Positions 19,704 through 31,215 are shown, counted from the first letter of the stretch. The stretch is DNA of 64,000 nucleotides from Pirellulales bacterium (GCA_040901795.1 JBBDYH010000167.1:165314-229313); one strand, 5' to 3'. The notes: generated by a model not told the origin, from the letters alone. Numbers and translations are program-made.

Positions 19704-22700
19704 TCACGCGCCCAGTTCCAGAATCCCCTGCATGGGCACTTCGACCCAATCGGGACGGTTATTGAGCTCGTAGCGCAGTTCATAGCAGGCCTTCTCGAGC
19801 AAATACACCTGCAACAGTCGCTGGATGTCGTCAGTTGCGGCGGGCAAGAAGCTCGACTTCGTACCCGAATCCAGATACGACCGCAAGTACGTTCCACTGA
19901 CGGCCAAATACCACAGTTGTGCGGCGGCGCGCAACGCCGGCGCATCCTCAGGATTGCCGAGCCCACGTTTGACGACGTTCGCTTGCCCAACGCGTGAGCA
20001 GTAATGGAATGAGCGGATCATCCCAGCCACATCGAACATGGGTGATCGCTTCAGCCGGCGCTCGGCCAGCGAACGCGTCGGTTCGCCTTCAAAGTCGAGG
20101 ATGACGAAATCCTTGCCGGTAAACAGCACTTGTCCCAGATGGTAATCGCCATGGCAGCGAATGCGCAGGGCGTCGAGCTTTCGGCCGGTGATCGCCTTGA
20201 CGCCATCCAGTAGTAGTTTCTGCCGACTCAAAACCTGTTCGGCTATCGCGCGGCTACTTTCGGGCAAGTGTTGGCGTTGCTGCCGCAGCAAATCCATCGT
20301 TTGCAGAATCTGCTTGCGAATCGATTGGTACATTGAGCGTTGATAGAGTTGGCTGAACGGCTCGGGTGTGAAGGCCGGATCGTCCTGGCACTCGACCAAG
20401 GCCCGGTGCATCTCGGCGGTCCGCTGGCCGAGCAGCTCCGCCGCTTGCAGGTACGCTCCGACAAGCTCCTCGACAACCGGCGACAGTTCGTACGTCGTTA
20501 GAGCGAGCAGAGGACCGGAGGGCATCAAGCTGGCCAGGTCGCCGCGCTGTTCCCGTTCGGTAAGAGCTTGCTCAAAGAAACGTCCAATGTGGTCCAGAGC
20601 ATGTTTCCAGCCCAAATTCGAATTGGGAATGAATTCATGCAGCACTCCCAAAGTGATCGGTTCTTCATCGGGACCGCGATGGAACTCCAACGCTCCCAGT
20701 AACTGCGGCGTGTTGCGATAACAACTCCGTTCCGTAAGAAAACGGCCGAGCTCCAGTTCCGGATTGATTCCAACCTCGAGCCGGCGGAACAGCTTCATCA
20801 CCGCGCGATCGCCGAAAATCACAGAGCTGTTGCTCTGATCGGCGCCTGTGAAGGCTGGCGCAAGCTGGTCCGCCGAAACACCGCGCAGAAGTTGCGCCGC
20901 CTTGGTTACCAAGGGCACAACTTCGCCCGTCCCACCCTTGGCCTGGCGACGTTGCAAGACCATGTCGAGCATGTCCCGCGGGAAGGTCTGATCTTGCATG
21001 GCGTCAAACAGAAGTCCCTCTTGCTTGGGTTGACGGACGTGGACCCGCAAAAACACGGCGTCGTTGGCTTGTTCGGCGATTGCCTTTGCTTCGTCACCGG
21101 CCGCGAAGGCCAGCGGAATTGCATAGTTTTCCCCTTCGCCCTGCGTAAACTCGACGCGCAACAGCACCAGCATGTGGCGGGGTTGCTTCAGATTCTTGCC
21201 AACCGGCACCGTGTCGAGCAGTCGTACGTGCTGAATGTCGCGCGCCTTCGCCGCGAACCAGCGCCGCGAGCCTAGCCAACGTGCGAAGTTTTGCTCGAGG
21301 TGCGCGCGGTGGCTGCTGCGAAAGACTTCCTCCCACGATTCCCGCACCGTGACAGTCCCGCCGCGGGTTGGACTGACCGGCGCCGCGGCCTCTTGATGGG
21401 GGGGGCGCAACGCAAACCAGTAGAACGCATGCGGGCCTAACGTGAGCATATAGGGCAAGCGCCCAATCGGCGGAAACTTGGTTTGTCCGAACAGCTCAAT
21501 CGGTCGATGGCCTTCGAACGCCGATAGGTCCAGCTCCACGTACTGCGAGAAGCGTGAAAGGTTAGCCACCACCATCACGTTCGCCTCGGGATCGCGGCGC
21601 AAGAATGCCAGTACTTTCAGGTTGTCCGGCGTGAGCATCTCCAACTCGCCACGGCCAAACGCCGCGTATTTGTGGCGTAGAGCGATCAGCCGCTTCATCC
21701 ACCACCACAGCGACTGCGGGTTGTTGCGCTGCGTTTCGACGTTGATGGCCTCGTACATGTACTCCGGATCGACGACCAAAGGCAGGTACAACCGCTGTGG
21801 GTTGGCGCGCGAAAAGCCGGCGTTGCGATCAGAACTCCACTGCATCGGCGTCCGCACTCCGTTGCGGTCGCCGAGGTAAAAGTTGTCTCCCATTCCAATT
21901 TCGTCGCCGTAATAGATCACCGGTGTGCCAGGAAGTGAGAACAACAGACCGTTGAGCAACTCGATTTTGCGGCGATTGTTACCCAACAGAGGCGCCAGCC
22001 GGCGGCGAATGCCCAGGTTGATCCGCGCCTGCCGATCGGTGGCGTAGGTGCGGTACATGTAATCGCGTTCCTCGTCGGTGACCATTTCGAGAGTCAACTC
22101 ATCGTGGTTGCGGAGGAACGTGAACCACTGGCAGGTCGCCGGAATGTTGGGCGTTTGCTGCAGAATGTCGACCACGGGGAAGCGGTCCTCCATCTGCACG
22201 CCCATGTACAACCGGGGCATCACCGGGAAATGAAAGGCCGCATGGCACTCGTCGCCGTCGCCGAAGTAAGCCACCGCGTCTTCCGGCCACTGGTTCGCTT
22301 CGGCCAACAGCATCCGTTCGCTGAAGTTGGCGTCGATGTGAGCCCGCAGGGTTTTCAAGAACTCGTGCGTTTCGGTCAGGTTCTCGCAGTTTGTGCCTTC
22401 ACGCTCATACAAATAAGGCACCGCGTCGAGCCGCAAGCCATCCACGCCCATCTTCAGCCAGTAATCGACCATCTGCAGCAGGGCCTGCTGAACTTTGGGA
22501 TTCTCGAAATTCAGATCAGGCTGATGCGAGTAAAAGCGATGCCAGAAATACGATTGAGCGACATGGTCCCAGGTCCAGTTGGAAAGCTCGAAGTCTTTGA
22601 AAATGATTCGAGCGTCGGCGTACCGGTCCGCCGTGTCGCTCCAGACGTAGAAATCCCGCTGCCAGGTACCCGGTTTGGAACGACGCGCACGTTGAAACCA

Positions 22701-23171
22701 AGGGTGCTGATCGGAGGTGTGGTTAAGGACCAGTTCCGTGATGACCTTCAGGCCGCGGCGATGCGCCTCGCGCAGGAACAGCCGAAAGTCCTTCAGAGTG
22801 CCGTAAGCGGGATTCACGTCCGCATAGTCGGCGATGTCATAGCCATCGTCCTTGAGCGGCGAGGGATAAAACGGTTGAACCCACAGAGCGGTAACCCCCA
22901 ATTCCTGAAGGTAATCCAGCTTCTGCGTCAGTCCGGGGAAATCGCCAATGCCATCGCCGGTGCTGTCGAAGAATGCACGCACATGAAGCTGGTAAATGAC
23001 CGCCGTCTTATACCAGGGAGTGCCGGCATCGCTCAGGGGCGCCGAGGCAGCGGCAATGGCTTGCGACGATATCGGCAGGGCAGTCGCGGCGAGCGAGTGC
23101 GCTTGACCGTTGCCGTCTGAAGAGGAAGTTTTTCGTGCCCGGTCCGTGGCAATCGTTTCGTGCGGTGTCAT
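19704..23171 (-). CDS. treS: trehalose synthase fused to maltokinase (TreS-Mak/Pep2)
   Basis: The N-terminal GH13 domain has WYKTAVIYQLHVRAFFDSTGDGIGDFPGLTQKLDYLQELGVTALWVQPFYPSPLKDDGYDIADY and VITELVLNHTSDQHPWF. The C-terminal roughly 450 aa is a kinase with RCHGDYHLGQVLFTGKDFVILDFEGEP. The ATG at 23171 (MTPHET) is used; the track ORF extends further upstream. Confidence 0.85.
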   Translation of the reverse strand: MTPHETIATDRARKTSSSDGNGQAHSLAATALPISSQAIAAASAPLSDAGTPWYKTAVIYQLHVRAFFDSTGDGIGDFPGLTQKLDYLQELGVTALWVQPFYPSPLKDDGYDIADYADVNPAYGTLKDFRLFLREAHRRGLKVITELVLNHTSDQHPWFQRARRSKPGTWQRDFYVWSDTADRYADARIIFKDFELSNWTWDHVAQSYFWHRFYSHQPDLNFENPKVQQALLQMVDYWLKMGVDGLRLDAVPYLYEREGTNCENLTETHEFLKTLRAHIDANFSERMLLAEANQWPEDAVAYFGDGDECHAAFHFPVMPRLYMGVQMEDRFPVVDILQQTPNIPATCQWFTFLRNHDELTLEMVTDEERDYMYRTYATDRQARINLGIRRRLAPLLGNNRRKIELLNGLLFSLPGTPVIYYGDEIGMGDNFYLGDRNGVRTPMQWSSDRNAGFSRANPQRLYLPLVVDPEYMYEAINVETQRNNPQSLWWWMKRLIALRHKYAAFGRGELEMLTPDNLKVLAFLRRDPEANVMVVANLSRFSQYVELDLSAFEGHRPIELFGQTKFPPIGRLPYMLTLGPHAFYWFALRPPHQEAAAPVSPTRGGTVTVRESWEEVFRSSHRAHLEQNFARWLGSRRWFAAKARDIQHVRLLDTVPVGKNLKQPRHMLVLLRVEFTQGEGENYAIPLAFAAGDEAKAIAEQANDAVFLRVHVRQPKQEGLLFDAMQDQTFPRDMLDMVLQRRQAKGGTGEVVPLVTKAAQLLRGVSADQLAPAFTGADQSNSSVIFGDRAVMKLFRRLEVGINPELELGRFLTERSCYRNTPQLLGALEFHRGPDEEPITLGVLHEFIPNSNLGWKHALDHIGRFFEQALTEREQRGDLASLMPSGPLLALTTYELSPVVEELVGAYLQAAELLGQRTAEMHRALVECQDDPAFTPEPFSQLYQRSMYQSIRKQILQTMDLLRQQRQHLPESSRAIAEQVLSRQKLLLDGVKAITGRKLDALRIRCHGDYHLGQVLFTGKDFVILDFEGEPTRSLAERRLKRSPMFDVAGMIRSFHYCSRVGQANVVKRGLGNPEDAPALRAAAQLWYLAVSGTYLRSYLDSGTKSSFLPAATDDIQRLLQVYLLEKACYELRYELNNRPDWVEVPMQGILELGA

Positions 23172-23346
23172 GGCGGTCGGCGTAATCCTCCGTTTTAGCC
23201 CCAACCTAGTATTTCGATCTCGATTAAACCGACTGGCGGGGGCAATGGCTAGGGCAGCTTGCAGGACTTGGACAAGCGTCCAACAATGTATGCCGTTCCC
23301 AACGGAACAAAAACCATGCCACTTCACTCGCATCTAAGGAATTGCC

Positions 23347-23841
23347 ATGCCAACCGCTGTGGACCACTTCACGAAGAGTTATGAATTTAATCGGGGCCGA
23401 ACGCTGGATTTGCTCATCAACGTCGAAAAGCTGCCCAACCCACAAGCGGCGCTTGCCTGGAGGCCGGGACCGGAACGTGCTCATATCGGCTGGCAACTGA
23501 TGCACATCGCCGTCACTGAAGATGTCTTCGCCAGCGAGCGGCTGGCGCAGAAGCCGGGCAAGTTTGCGGATCTGTGGCCGCGCTTTCGCGGCGGAAGCAC
23601 GCCGGACGAAGATGTGCCTACGGGGGAAACGATACGCCGAGTCCTCTCCGAGAGCCGCGCGCAATTACTCGCCACGCTGGCCGAATACGACGACAGCCGG
23701 CTTGAGGAAATCCCCGAGGCGCTCAAGCAGCGCAACTGGACGGTGCGGACCGTGCTGAGCGTGATCGGCTGGCACGAGGCGCATCATCAGGGGCAGGCAC
23801 ATATTACGCTGAATTTGTTCAAGGCGGCGGATCAAGGCTGA
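23347..23841 (+). CDS. DinB/YfiT-like family protein
   Basis: 164 aa with HIAVTED...GWHEAHHQGQAHITL, the histidine pattern of the DinB_2 fold. Confidence 0.65.
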   Translation: MPTAVDHFTKSYEFNRGRTLDLLINVEKLPNPQAALAWRPGPERAHIGWQLMHIAVTEDVFASERLAQKPGKFADLWPRFRGGSTPDEDVPTGETIRRVLSESRAQLLATLAEYDDSRLEEIPEALKQRNWTVRTVLSVIGWHEAHHQGQAHITLNLFKAADQG

Positions 23842-23928
23842 GCGCTCCCTACCGATCTTCGCCAAGATACAATAGGTTAGCCTGGCCGGAGGTCGGGGTA
23901 GGCTCTTCTTTTCAACAGCAAATAAGCG

Positions 23929-24207
23929 ATGCACCGGGTAAGTCTCGATTCAGCCAGCCGTAGCGTCCGCGAATTCTTCAAAAAGCTCCCGATCGACCTC
24001 GATGGAGTGGAGATCGAGGCCGCTGGTAAAGTACTTTGCAAGGTGATTCCGTCACACCAACTCAGTGATGCCGAGAAACAATGCCTCATCGATCGAGCGC
24101 GCGAGCTGATGCGGCGCAGCCAGGAACGGAACAAGGGGGTTCCGGCGCGAGTTATTGAACGAGAGATTCGCGACGCAATTGACGAGGTTCGCGGACGAAA
24201 ACGATGA
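23929..24207 (+). CDS. hypothetical protein (92 aa)
   Basis: ATG-initiated ORF with no recognisable domain; coding status is uncertain. Confidence 0.3.
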   Translation: MHRVSLDSASRSVREFFKKLPIDLDGVEIEAAGKVLCKVIPSHQLSDAEKQCLIDRARELMRRSQERNKGVPARVIEREIRDAIDEVRGRKR

Positions 24208-24315
24208 TCGTTGCAGTGCTCAAGTCAAATGTCGTGATCGTCGCCATCTCTTGTCCTTGAAGCGCATCGGCCTTACCAGAATTGTGACGCCGGCCGCCTT
24301 TCTCCGTCACTTGAA

Positions 24316-25782
<1,467 letters not shown>

Positions 25783-25872
25783 AGTTGGTGAGCCGGTAAG
25801 GACGCCCCACTGGGGGGCAGAGTATACTTGGGAAAGGGTCTGCAAGCCCACCCGACATTGAGGCATATCGTC

Positions 25873-26097
25873 ATGTTAAGCCGCGAAGCACTCGACGCCT
25901 ACCGCCGCATGAGCAACGCCGAGCGCCTCAAGTTGACGCTCGAAATGAACCGCGAAGCGAGCGTGTTTCTTTTGAAGGGCACGCCGGAGCAGATCAATCG
26001 CAAATTCGAGCTGATCCGCCGTGAAAACGACGAACGGAATCGCAATATGCTGACCGCCATCGCACGCACGCGGGTTACGGATGAAGGAAATCGCTGA
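25873..26097 (+). CDS. hypothetical small protein (74 aa) overlapping the start of the next gene
   Basis: The ATG ORF ends 17 nt inside the downstream nucleotidyltransferase-fold gene, which suggests translational coupling. Confidence 0.35.
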   Translation: MLSREALDAYRRMSNAERLKLTLEMNREASVFLLKGTPEQINRKFELIRRENDERNRNMLTAIARTRVTDEGNR

Positions 26098-26644
26098 AAC
26101 GCTGTACGACTTTGTGCAGGCGCTGGAGACGCTGAACCTACCTTATGCGATCATGGGTGGATTCGCAGTTCGCGTCTATGGAATCCCACGCAGCACTCAG
26201 GACGTCGATATTATCGTTCTATGCAGCGACGAGACCCTGCAATCGTTGTTTCGCGAGATTGAAGACCGCGGCTACGCAGTCGATGAAGTCTATAGGCGCG
26301 GTGGGAAAGATTCGGTCGCAGGCATGCCGTTGGTCAAGTGCAAGCGGTACATCGGCGGGTATCCAATCGATGTAGACATTTTCCTGTGCGAGTCACTGTT
26401 TCAGCATTCGCTGCTCAATCGGCGGCGGCGCGATGTTGCGGAAGACCATGAATACTGGTTGGTCAGCCCGGAGCACCTACTTCTTTTGAAACTCATCGCT
26501 TCGCGTCCGCGCGACTACTTGGACGCGAAGGACGTGCTGTTCACGCAGGGACAGCTTGACGAAGAATATCTGCGGCACTGGGCAAAGGAGCTCGGCGTCC
26601 TCGGCAAGCTTGAGCAAGTATTGAAGGAGTCGCGAGAAATGTGA
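26081..26644 (+). CDS. nucleotidyltransferase-fold protein (Pol-beta superfamily, AbiEii/DUF1814-like motif)
   Basis: The N-terminal motif AIMGGFAVRVYGIPRSTQDVDIIV is the GG..(x)nRxT.DxD signature of minimal nucleotidyltransferases. The protein is 187 aa. Confidence 0.45.
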   Translation: MKEIAETLYDFVQALETLNLPYAIMGGFAVRVYGIPRSTQDVDIIVLCSDETLQSLFREIEDRGYAVDEVYRRGGKDSVAGMPLVKCKRYIGGYPIDVDIFLCESLFQHSLLNRRRRDVAEDHEYWLVSPEHLLLLKLIASRPRDYLDAKDVLFTQGQLDEEYLRHWAKELGVLGKLEQVLKESREM

Positions 26645-26815
26645 GGGCTGCATGATTCACGAGAAGGCGGCGTCCGCAACATGTCGTCCGGCGCCGATCG
26701 CTCGTGAACGCCTGTCGTTGTCGCGGTGAGCTGTGGTTCGTCTTGTTCGATTCTCTTCCCTTCCGGATAATGCGGCCGCCGTTCCTTCAATCTGTTCTGT
26801 TCAAGCCGCGCCGCC

Positions 26816-28243
26816 GTGCCGAACGACCCGAACCTCGACGACACGCCGCAATCCAGCCGTGAAGGCCGGGCGCATCCCGTCCCCACCGGCGCGACTGCCG
26901 CCACTGCCACTGGTCGCGGAACCCGGCGGGAGATTGTCGCCTGGGCGATGTACGATTGGGCCAATAGCGCCTATTCGACGCTGCTGATCACCGTTTTGTA
27001 CTTCTACATTTCAACGTTGTTTCCATCGCCGGAGCACAAGGATGCGGCTTTTCCGGTCGTCTACCTCGGCGAAACGGTGGTTCAAGGTCCCGTAGTCTAT
27101 GCCTGGGGCATTGGCCTCTCCATGCTGGTCGCCGCCATCCTTTCGCCGATCGTCGGAGCATTGGCCGACGCGCGCGCAAATAAACGCCTCTGGTTTCGCA
27201 GCACAGCCCTCGCGGGGGCGTTGCTCGGAACGACCATCGGCTTGATCTCGCCCCACAGTCCTTGGTTAGTACTGGGGTGCTTCGTCTTGGCAAGTTTCTG
27301 CTTCGAGCTCTCATTCGGGTTCTACAACTCGTTTTTGCCGGAGATCGCCGACGAAATCACGATGAACCGGGTCTCGTCCTGGGGCTTTGCAGCCGGTTAC
27401 ATCGGCGGCGGAGTCGTCCTGGCCATGGCACTTGGATTGATGACAGCAGGTGATCGACTTGGCCTCGATAGCCTCAGTGCCCGAATGAGGGCCAGTTTGG
27501 TGTTGATGGGCTGTTGGTGGGCGCTCTTTTCGATGCCGGCCATCTGGATTTTGCGCGACCGCGGACGGCCGCGATCGAGTGCGGTAGGCTTCCGCGCCGC
27601 CGCTCATCAAGCCGTCGGGGAAGTAGCGACTACGCTTGGCCACATACGACAGTTTCAGTCGTTGGCCTGGTTCCTGATCGGCTTCCTCTTCTACAACGAC
27701 GCCGTGCAGACCGTCCTCACGCAATCCTCGGCGTTTGCTGAAAAGGAGATCGGCCTCAATGTTAGGCAACTGATTCCGGTCATCTTGATGATCCAGTTCG
27801 TCTCCATGCCCGGTGCACTAGCCGTCGGCTGGCTGGCCGACAAGATTGGCCAAAAACAAGCACTCTATCTCTGCCTCGCCGTGTGGGTCGCCTTGCTGTC
27901 GTTCTCCTGGTGGGTGACCACCGAAAACGAGTTCTGGATCATGGGCGCGGTCGTGGCGCTGGTGATGGGTGGCATCCAGTCTGTGAGCCGCTCGATTATG
28001 GGTGTGATGACACCCGCCAATCGCACTGCCGAATTCTTCGGCTTCTACAACCTCTCCAGCAAAGCCACCAGCTTCATCGGTCCGTTCACCTTCGGCCTGG
28101 TGATCCACCTCACCGGCAGCGCCCGATTGGCGATCCTCAGCTTGCTCGCCCAGCTCATTATCGGCTGGCTCCTGGTCTCGCGCGTCAACATCGCCCGCGG
28201 ACGCGCAGACGCGATACGGGCGTCGGAGGCGACGACTCAGTAA
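26816..28243 (+). CDS. MFS transporter, UMF1/ATG22-like family
   Basis: AWAMYDWANSAYSTLLITVLYFYI is the UMF1 signature, and the protein has about 12 predicted transmembrane helices. The track start at 26816 is GTG, so the exact start is uncertain. Confidence 0.8.
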   Translation: MPNDPNLDDTPQSSREGRAHPVPTGATAATATGRGTRREIVAWAMYDWANSAYSTLLITVLYFYISTLFPSPEHKDAAFPVVYLGETVVQGPVVYAWGIGLSMLVAAILSPIVGALADARANKRLWFRSTALAGALLGTTIGLISPHSPWLVLGCFVLASFCFELSFGFYNSFLPEIADEITMNRVSSWGFAAGYIGGGVVLAMALGLMTAGDRLGLDSLSARMRASLVLMGCWWALFSMPAIWILRDRGRPRSSAVGFRAAAHQAVGEVATTLGHIRQFQSLAWFLIGFLFYNDAVQTVLTQSSAFAEKEIGLNVRQLIPVILMIQFVSMPGALAVGWLADKIGQKQALYLCLAVWVALLSFSWWVTTENEFWIMGAVVALVMGGIQSVSRSIMGVMTPANRTAEFFGFYNLSSKATSFIGPFTFGLVIHLTGSARLAILSLLAQLIIGWLLVSRVNIARGRADAIRASEATTQ

Positions 28244-28290
28244 GCGATGCCGTGCCCATCTCTCCAGCCGCCGCAATAGAGCGCGTCGAG

Positions 28291-29469
28291 TTATCGCGCC
28301 TCGGCCGCCAGTGAGTTGGCGGGCGGGGCGGGTCGGTTGCCGAAGACGCGCTCGTCGTACATCACAAGCGCGTGCAGCGCATGCCCCAGCGGACCGATGC
28401 TCCAGGGTCGATTCGGCTCCGCGGCCAGCGACGAGGCGAGGAAGTCCACCGAGTTGACGGTCTTCGCATCGCGCAACTGCTCATCCGTAAGCGACAGGAC
28501 GAGCCATTCCAGAATGTGCCCCGTGGTTTGCAGCTTGCGTTCAAGGTCGGGCCGATTGCCACGGCGCGCGAACCACTCCGTGCTGAAGCTGCCGTCGGGG
28601 TTTTGCAGCGTCCAGGCGTAGCGCTGGTACGATTCGATGTACTGCCTGGCACGCGCGAATTCTCCGTTGAGCAGTCCTCCTTCCTGCTCTCGCATTTGGT
28701 AGGCGTAGGTAATGCCGAACAGCCGGTGCGTACCACCGCAGGCGGCGCCGCGGACGGGCGCTTTGATTTCCGCATTGATCAGCCGCGGAATCGACCAGGC
28801 CTGGCCGTCTCGGCTGCGCCAAGCGGCGTCGCTGGGCAGGTAATGCGACAGCGAGATTAGCTTGAACGTCAGCTCACTCTGCGCGCGGCAGGTGAGCATT
28901 TCTTCGTCGATCAGATCCTGGAGCGTAAAGTCCTTGCCGCCCATGCGCAACGGCGTGGCGGACGTCACGCGCGATTGCGCAAGGATGGCCAGCAGTTGCG
29001 CGGGATGTCCCTGCACGCCGACTCCCTCTTCCGCATGCGGTCGACCGCGCTGCACGGTGAGCATCTGCTGGCCACGGAAGCGGCCCCCCTCGAGCATCCA
29101 GCCGATGGCATTCACTGCCGGTCCGTTTGGCCCGTCGCGGCGGATCTGAGTCTCTCGGTTAAAGGCCACGAACGCGTGCATCACCTCCCACGGTGTGTGG
29201 TCGCGTGAATTGAGCTGCCGGGTCTGATAATGTGTGAGGACACTACGGATTTTATCCCGCAGCGCGATCAGTTCGGGAGTGAGCGTCGCAGCGGTTTGTT
29301 CTAGCGCTTCGATCTCGTCGAGCGTGGGGATTGGCTTGGCTGTTAGCAAATTGTGCTCAGCCAGCCGACGCGGAGGAGAAGTCGCGCGCGAATCGACCGC
29401 GACGGTCGAACCTACGAGTAGCGATGTGCCGATCAACAGGCCGCCAAGCCATCCAAGATGCCATGCCAC
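28291..29469 (-). CDS. hypothetical secreted or membrane-anchored protein (392 aa)
   Basis: GTG start with an N-terminal hydrophobic segment AWHLGWLGGLLIGTSLLVGSTVAV. No confident domain. Confidence 0.45.
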   Translation of the reverse strand: MAWHLGWLGGLLIGTSLLVGSTVAVDSRATSPPRRLAEHNLLTAKPIPTLDEIEALEQTAATLTPELIALRDKIRSVLTHYQTRQLNSRDHTPWEVMHAFVAFNRETQIRRDGPNGPAVNAIGWMLEGGRFRGQQMLTVQRGRPHAEEGVGVQGHPAQLLAILAQSRVTSATPLRMGGKDFTLQDLIDEEMLTCRAQSELTFKLISLSHYLPSDAAWRSRDGQAWSIPRLINAEIKAPVRGAACGGTHRLFGITYAYQMREQEGGLLNGEFARARQYIESYQRYAWTLQNPDGSFSTEWFARRGNRPDLERKLQTTGHILEWLVLSLTDEQLRDAKTVNSVDFLASSLAAEPNRPWSIGPLGHALHALVMYDERVFGNRPAPPANSLAAEAR

Positions 29470-29677
29470 GTGGGAACTCCTTCGAGACTGCGCGGTGTCG
29501 TCCGACTAGCTATATCGGACGCGCGATTACCCGAGTCCAAACGAGAGCACGAGGTTCGACCGCAGAATGCAAGTCGGGCGACTGCGCAGCACGGCTACAC
29601 GGACCATCCGGATGGAAACCGTTTAGCGCAATAGTCCGGACGTTGCGCTTGGTAAGAAGTAAGGAGTAGCGCGTGCA

Positions 29678-29772
29678 GTGAGGGGTGAAGGATGAGGGAT
29701 GAGGGGTAGTGACGGATTGAGCGCTTACCACTCACCACTCACAACTCACAACTCTCCACTCCTCTGCCCTCC
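29678..29772. repeat. long imperfect palindrome built from heptamer repeats (GTGAGGG-type arm versus CCACTCA-type arm), 3 nt after the HEAT-repeat gene stop
   Basis: GTGAGGGGTGAAGGATGAGGGATGAGGGGTAGTGA ... CCACTCACCACTCACAACTCACAACTCTCCACTCCTCTGCCCTCC. The arms are roughly complementary, giving a ~35-bp imperfect stem. Confidence 0.6.
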
Positions 29773-29775
29773 AAA

Positions 29776-30459
29776 TCAGAATGCGCGGCGAACCTTATCG
29801 GCCAGCCGTTCTTCGGCCGCGTTGGGATCCGGGTTCCTGGCAAACTGACGCCAACGGTTGACGTCGTTGCCCAGGTCCTTGCCCGTGGCCAGCCGCATCG
29901 CTTCGACGCCGCTGAATTGCAAAGCCGGATCCGGGTCTTCCAGCGCCACGGCCAACAGCGGGACCGCCTGGGGGTCGTGCATTTCACCGAGTGCTTTGGT
30001 GGCCGCAATGCGGACATCGACGGAAGTGTCGCTGGCCAGCGCTTGTCCCAGCCGGCGGCTTGAGTCTGCGCCACCCAGCTTGCCTAAGGCCTGGCAGGCG
30101 GTCACGCGGACGTCGACGTCCGGATCTTGCAGCGCCGCGGCAATGATCATCCGTGATTGATCGGACGGAAACGCGGCAAGCGTTCGGACCACTTCCAACC
30201 GCACCATCGGATCACTTTCATGGCGGAGCCGCTCGGCGAGCGAGCTGTGCAGATCGGCCGGAGGTGTCGCAACTTCGCGTAGCTCTTCAAGCTGCTCGAT
30301 CTTCTGCCGCGAAATCGGGCCATATTTGGCCAGGTCGGCGGTCTGATCGGGTTCGTGCCAGGGCCACCACGTGGCCATTTCTTCTGTGCTTGCGCAGCCG
30401 AAGCAAAGCGCAGACACAAACAGCGCAAGCAATGACCACGAGGCGCGGGGATTTCGCAT
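29776..30459 (-). CDS. HEAT-repeat (PBS-lyase-like) protein with signal peptide
   Basis: Signal peptide MRNPRASWSLLALFVSALCFGCAS. Repeated DPDVDVRVTACQALGKLGG, DTSVDVRIAATKALGEMHD and DPDPALQFSGVEAMRLATG blocks follow. Confidence 0.7.
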   Translation of the reverse strand: MRNPRASWSLLALFVSALCFGCASTEEMATWWPWHEPDQTADLAKYGPISRQKIEQLEELREVATPPADLHSSLAERLRHESDPMVRLEVVRTLAAFPSDQSRMIIAAALQDPDVDVRVTACQALGKLGGADSSRRLGQALASDTSVDVRIAATKALGEMHDPQAVPLLAVALEDPDPALQFSGVEAMRLATGKDLGNDVNRWRQFARNPDPNAAEERLADKVRRAF

Positions 30460-30699
30460 AGCCGGACGCCAGACCAGTGGGTGAACAGCGGCGGAACTGT
30501 TTCGAACGACGGAGATGAGGTCGGGGAATATAGCAAACCGACATCAGCCAAACCACGTCAATTACTTGTGAGGTAGCGGCGCCGTGGTAAGATGGCGAAG
30601 CACAGAGACTGTTGATATGCCAAGATTCTCTCTGGATTGTCGAATAGTCTCGTCGGGGACAATTCCCTACAGCTCGTCCCTCCCCATTCTGAGGACGCC

Positions 30700-31215
30700 A
30701 TGCCTGAGCCACGTGATCACTTACGCGAGCGGAATTGGTTGGAGACGCTCGTGCACAAGCTGCCCGGTTTCCGCGGGTATCTTGACAAAGAGAATCGCCG
30801 CGCGAGTGATGCCTTGGCGCGCGAATGGCTGGCCGACCGGCTGCAGCGCAGCAAGCGGGCCCTGGACGAACACACGAGGGCGCTTGCGGACCGCGGTCAG
30901 ATCGCGCAGCTCCCGCAATACGACCGGCTACGCGGGCGGATCGATATGCTGATCGGCCGCATTCGTGGCGCGATGCACGGGTACAGCGCCGTGTTTGATC
31001 TGGTCCGCGTGGACGAGGCGCAACTCGACCGCGTCTACGAGTATGACGTGATCCTGATGGAGCGCATCGAAAATATAGCCTCTAGCGTCGAAAAGCTAAA
31101 GTCATTGCCGGCCGAGAGCGACGCGGCGACGCTGCTCGACAGCGTATCGAATGAGCTCGATGAGGCCGAGCGTGCGTGGGACCGCCGCGAGGATTTGCTC
31201 AAGGGGTTAGAATAG
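30700..31215 (+). CDS. hypothetical coiled-coil protein
   Basis: GAGGA lies upstream of the ATG at 30700. No recognisable domain. The track ORF starts at a TTG at 30637. Confidence 0.4.
   Translation: MPEPRDHLRERNWLETLVHKLPGFRGYLDKENRRASDALAREWLADRLQRSKRALDEHTRALADRGQIAQLPQYDRLRGRIDMLIGRIRGAMHGYSAVFDLVRVDEAQLDRVYEYDVILMERIENIASSVEKLKSLPAESDAATLLDSVSNELDEAERAWDRREDLLKGLE

Noticed and set aside
22104-23120. 338-aa plus-strand ORF inside the treS-mak gene, and similar long antisense ORFs at 54726-55973 (serA), 56552-57484 (serC), 44576-45277 (dnaA), 41035-41790 and 41643-42641 (ABC permease), 36983-37741 (kinase) and 12782-13777 (Gly/Tyr-rich gene)
   Set aside because: Each one overlaps, on the opposite strand or in another frame, a gene with strong homology-type evidence. 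They have no RBS, signal or domain features and are typical GC-rich shadow ORFs.
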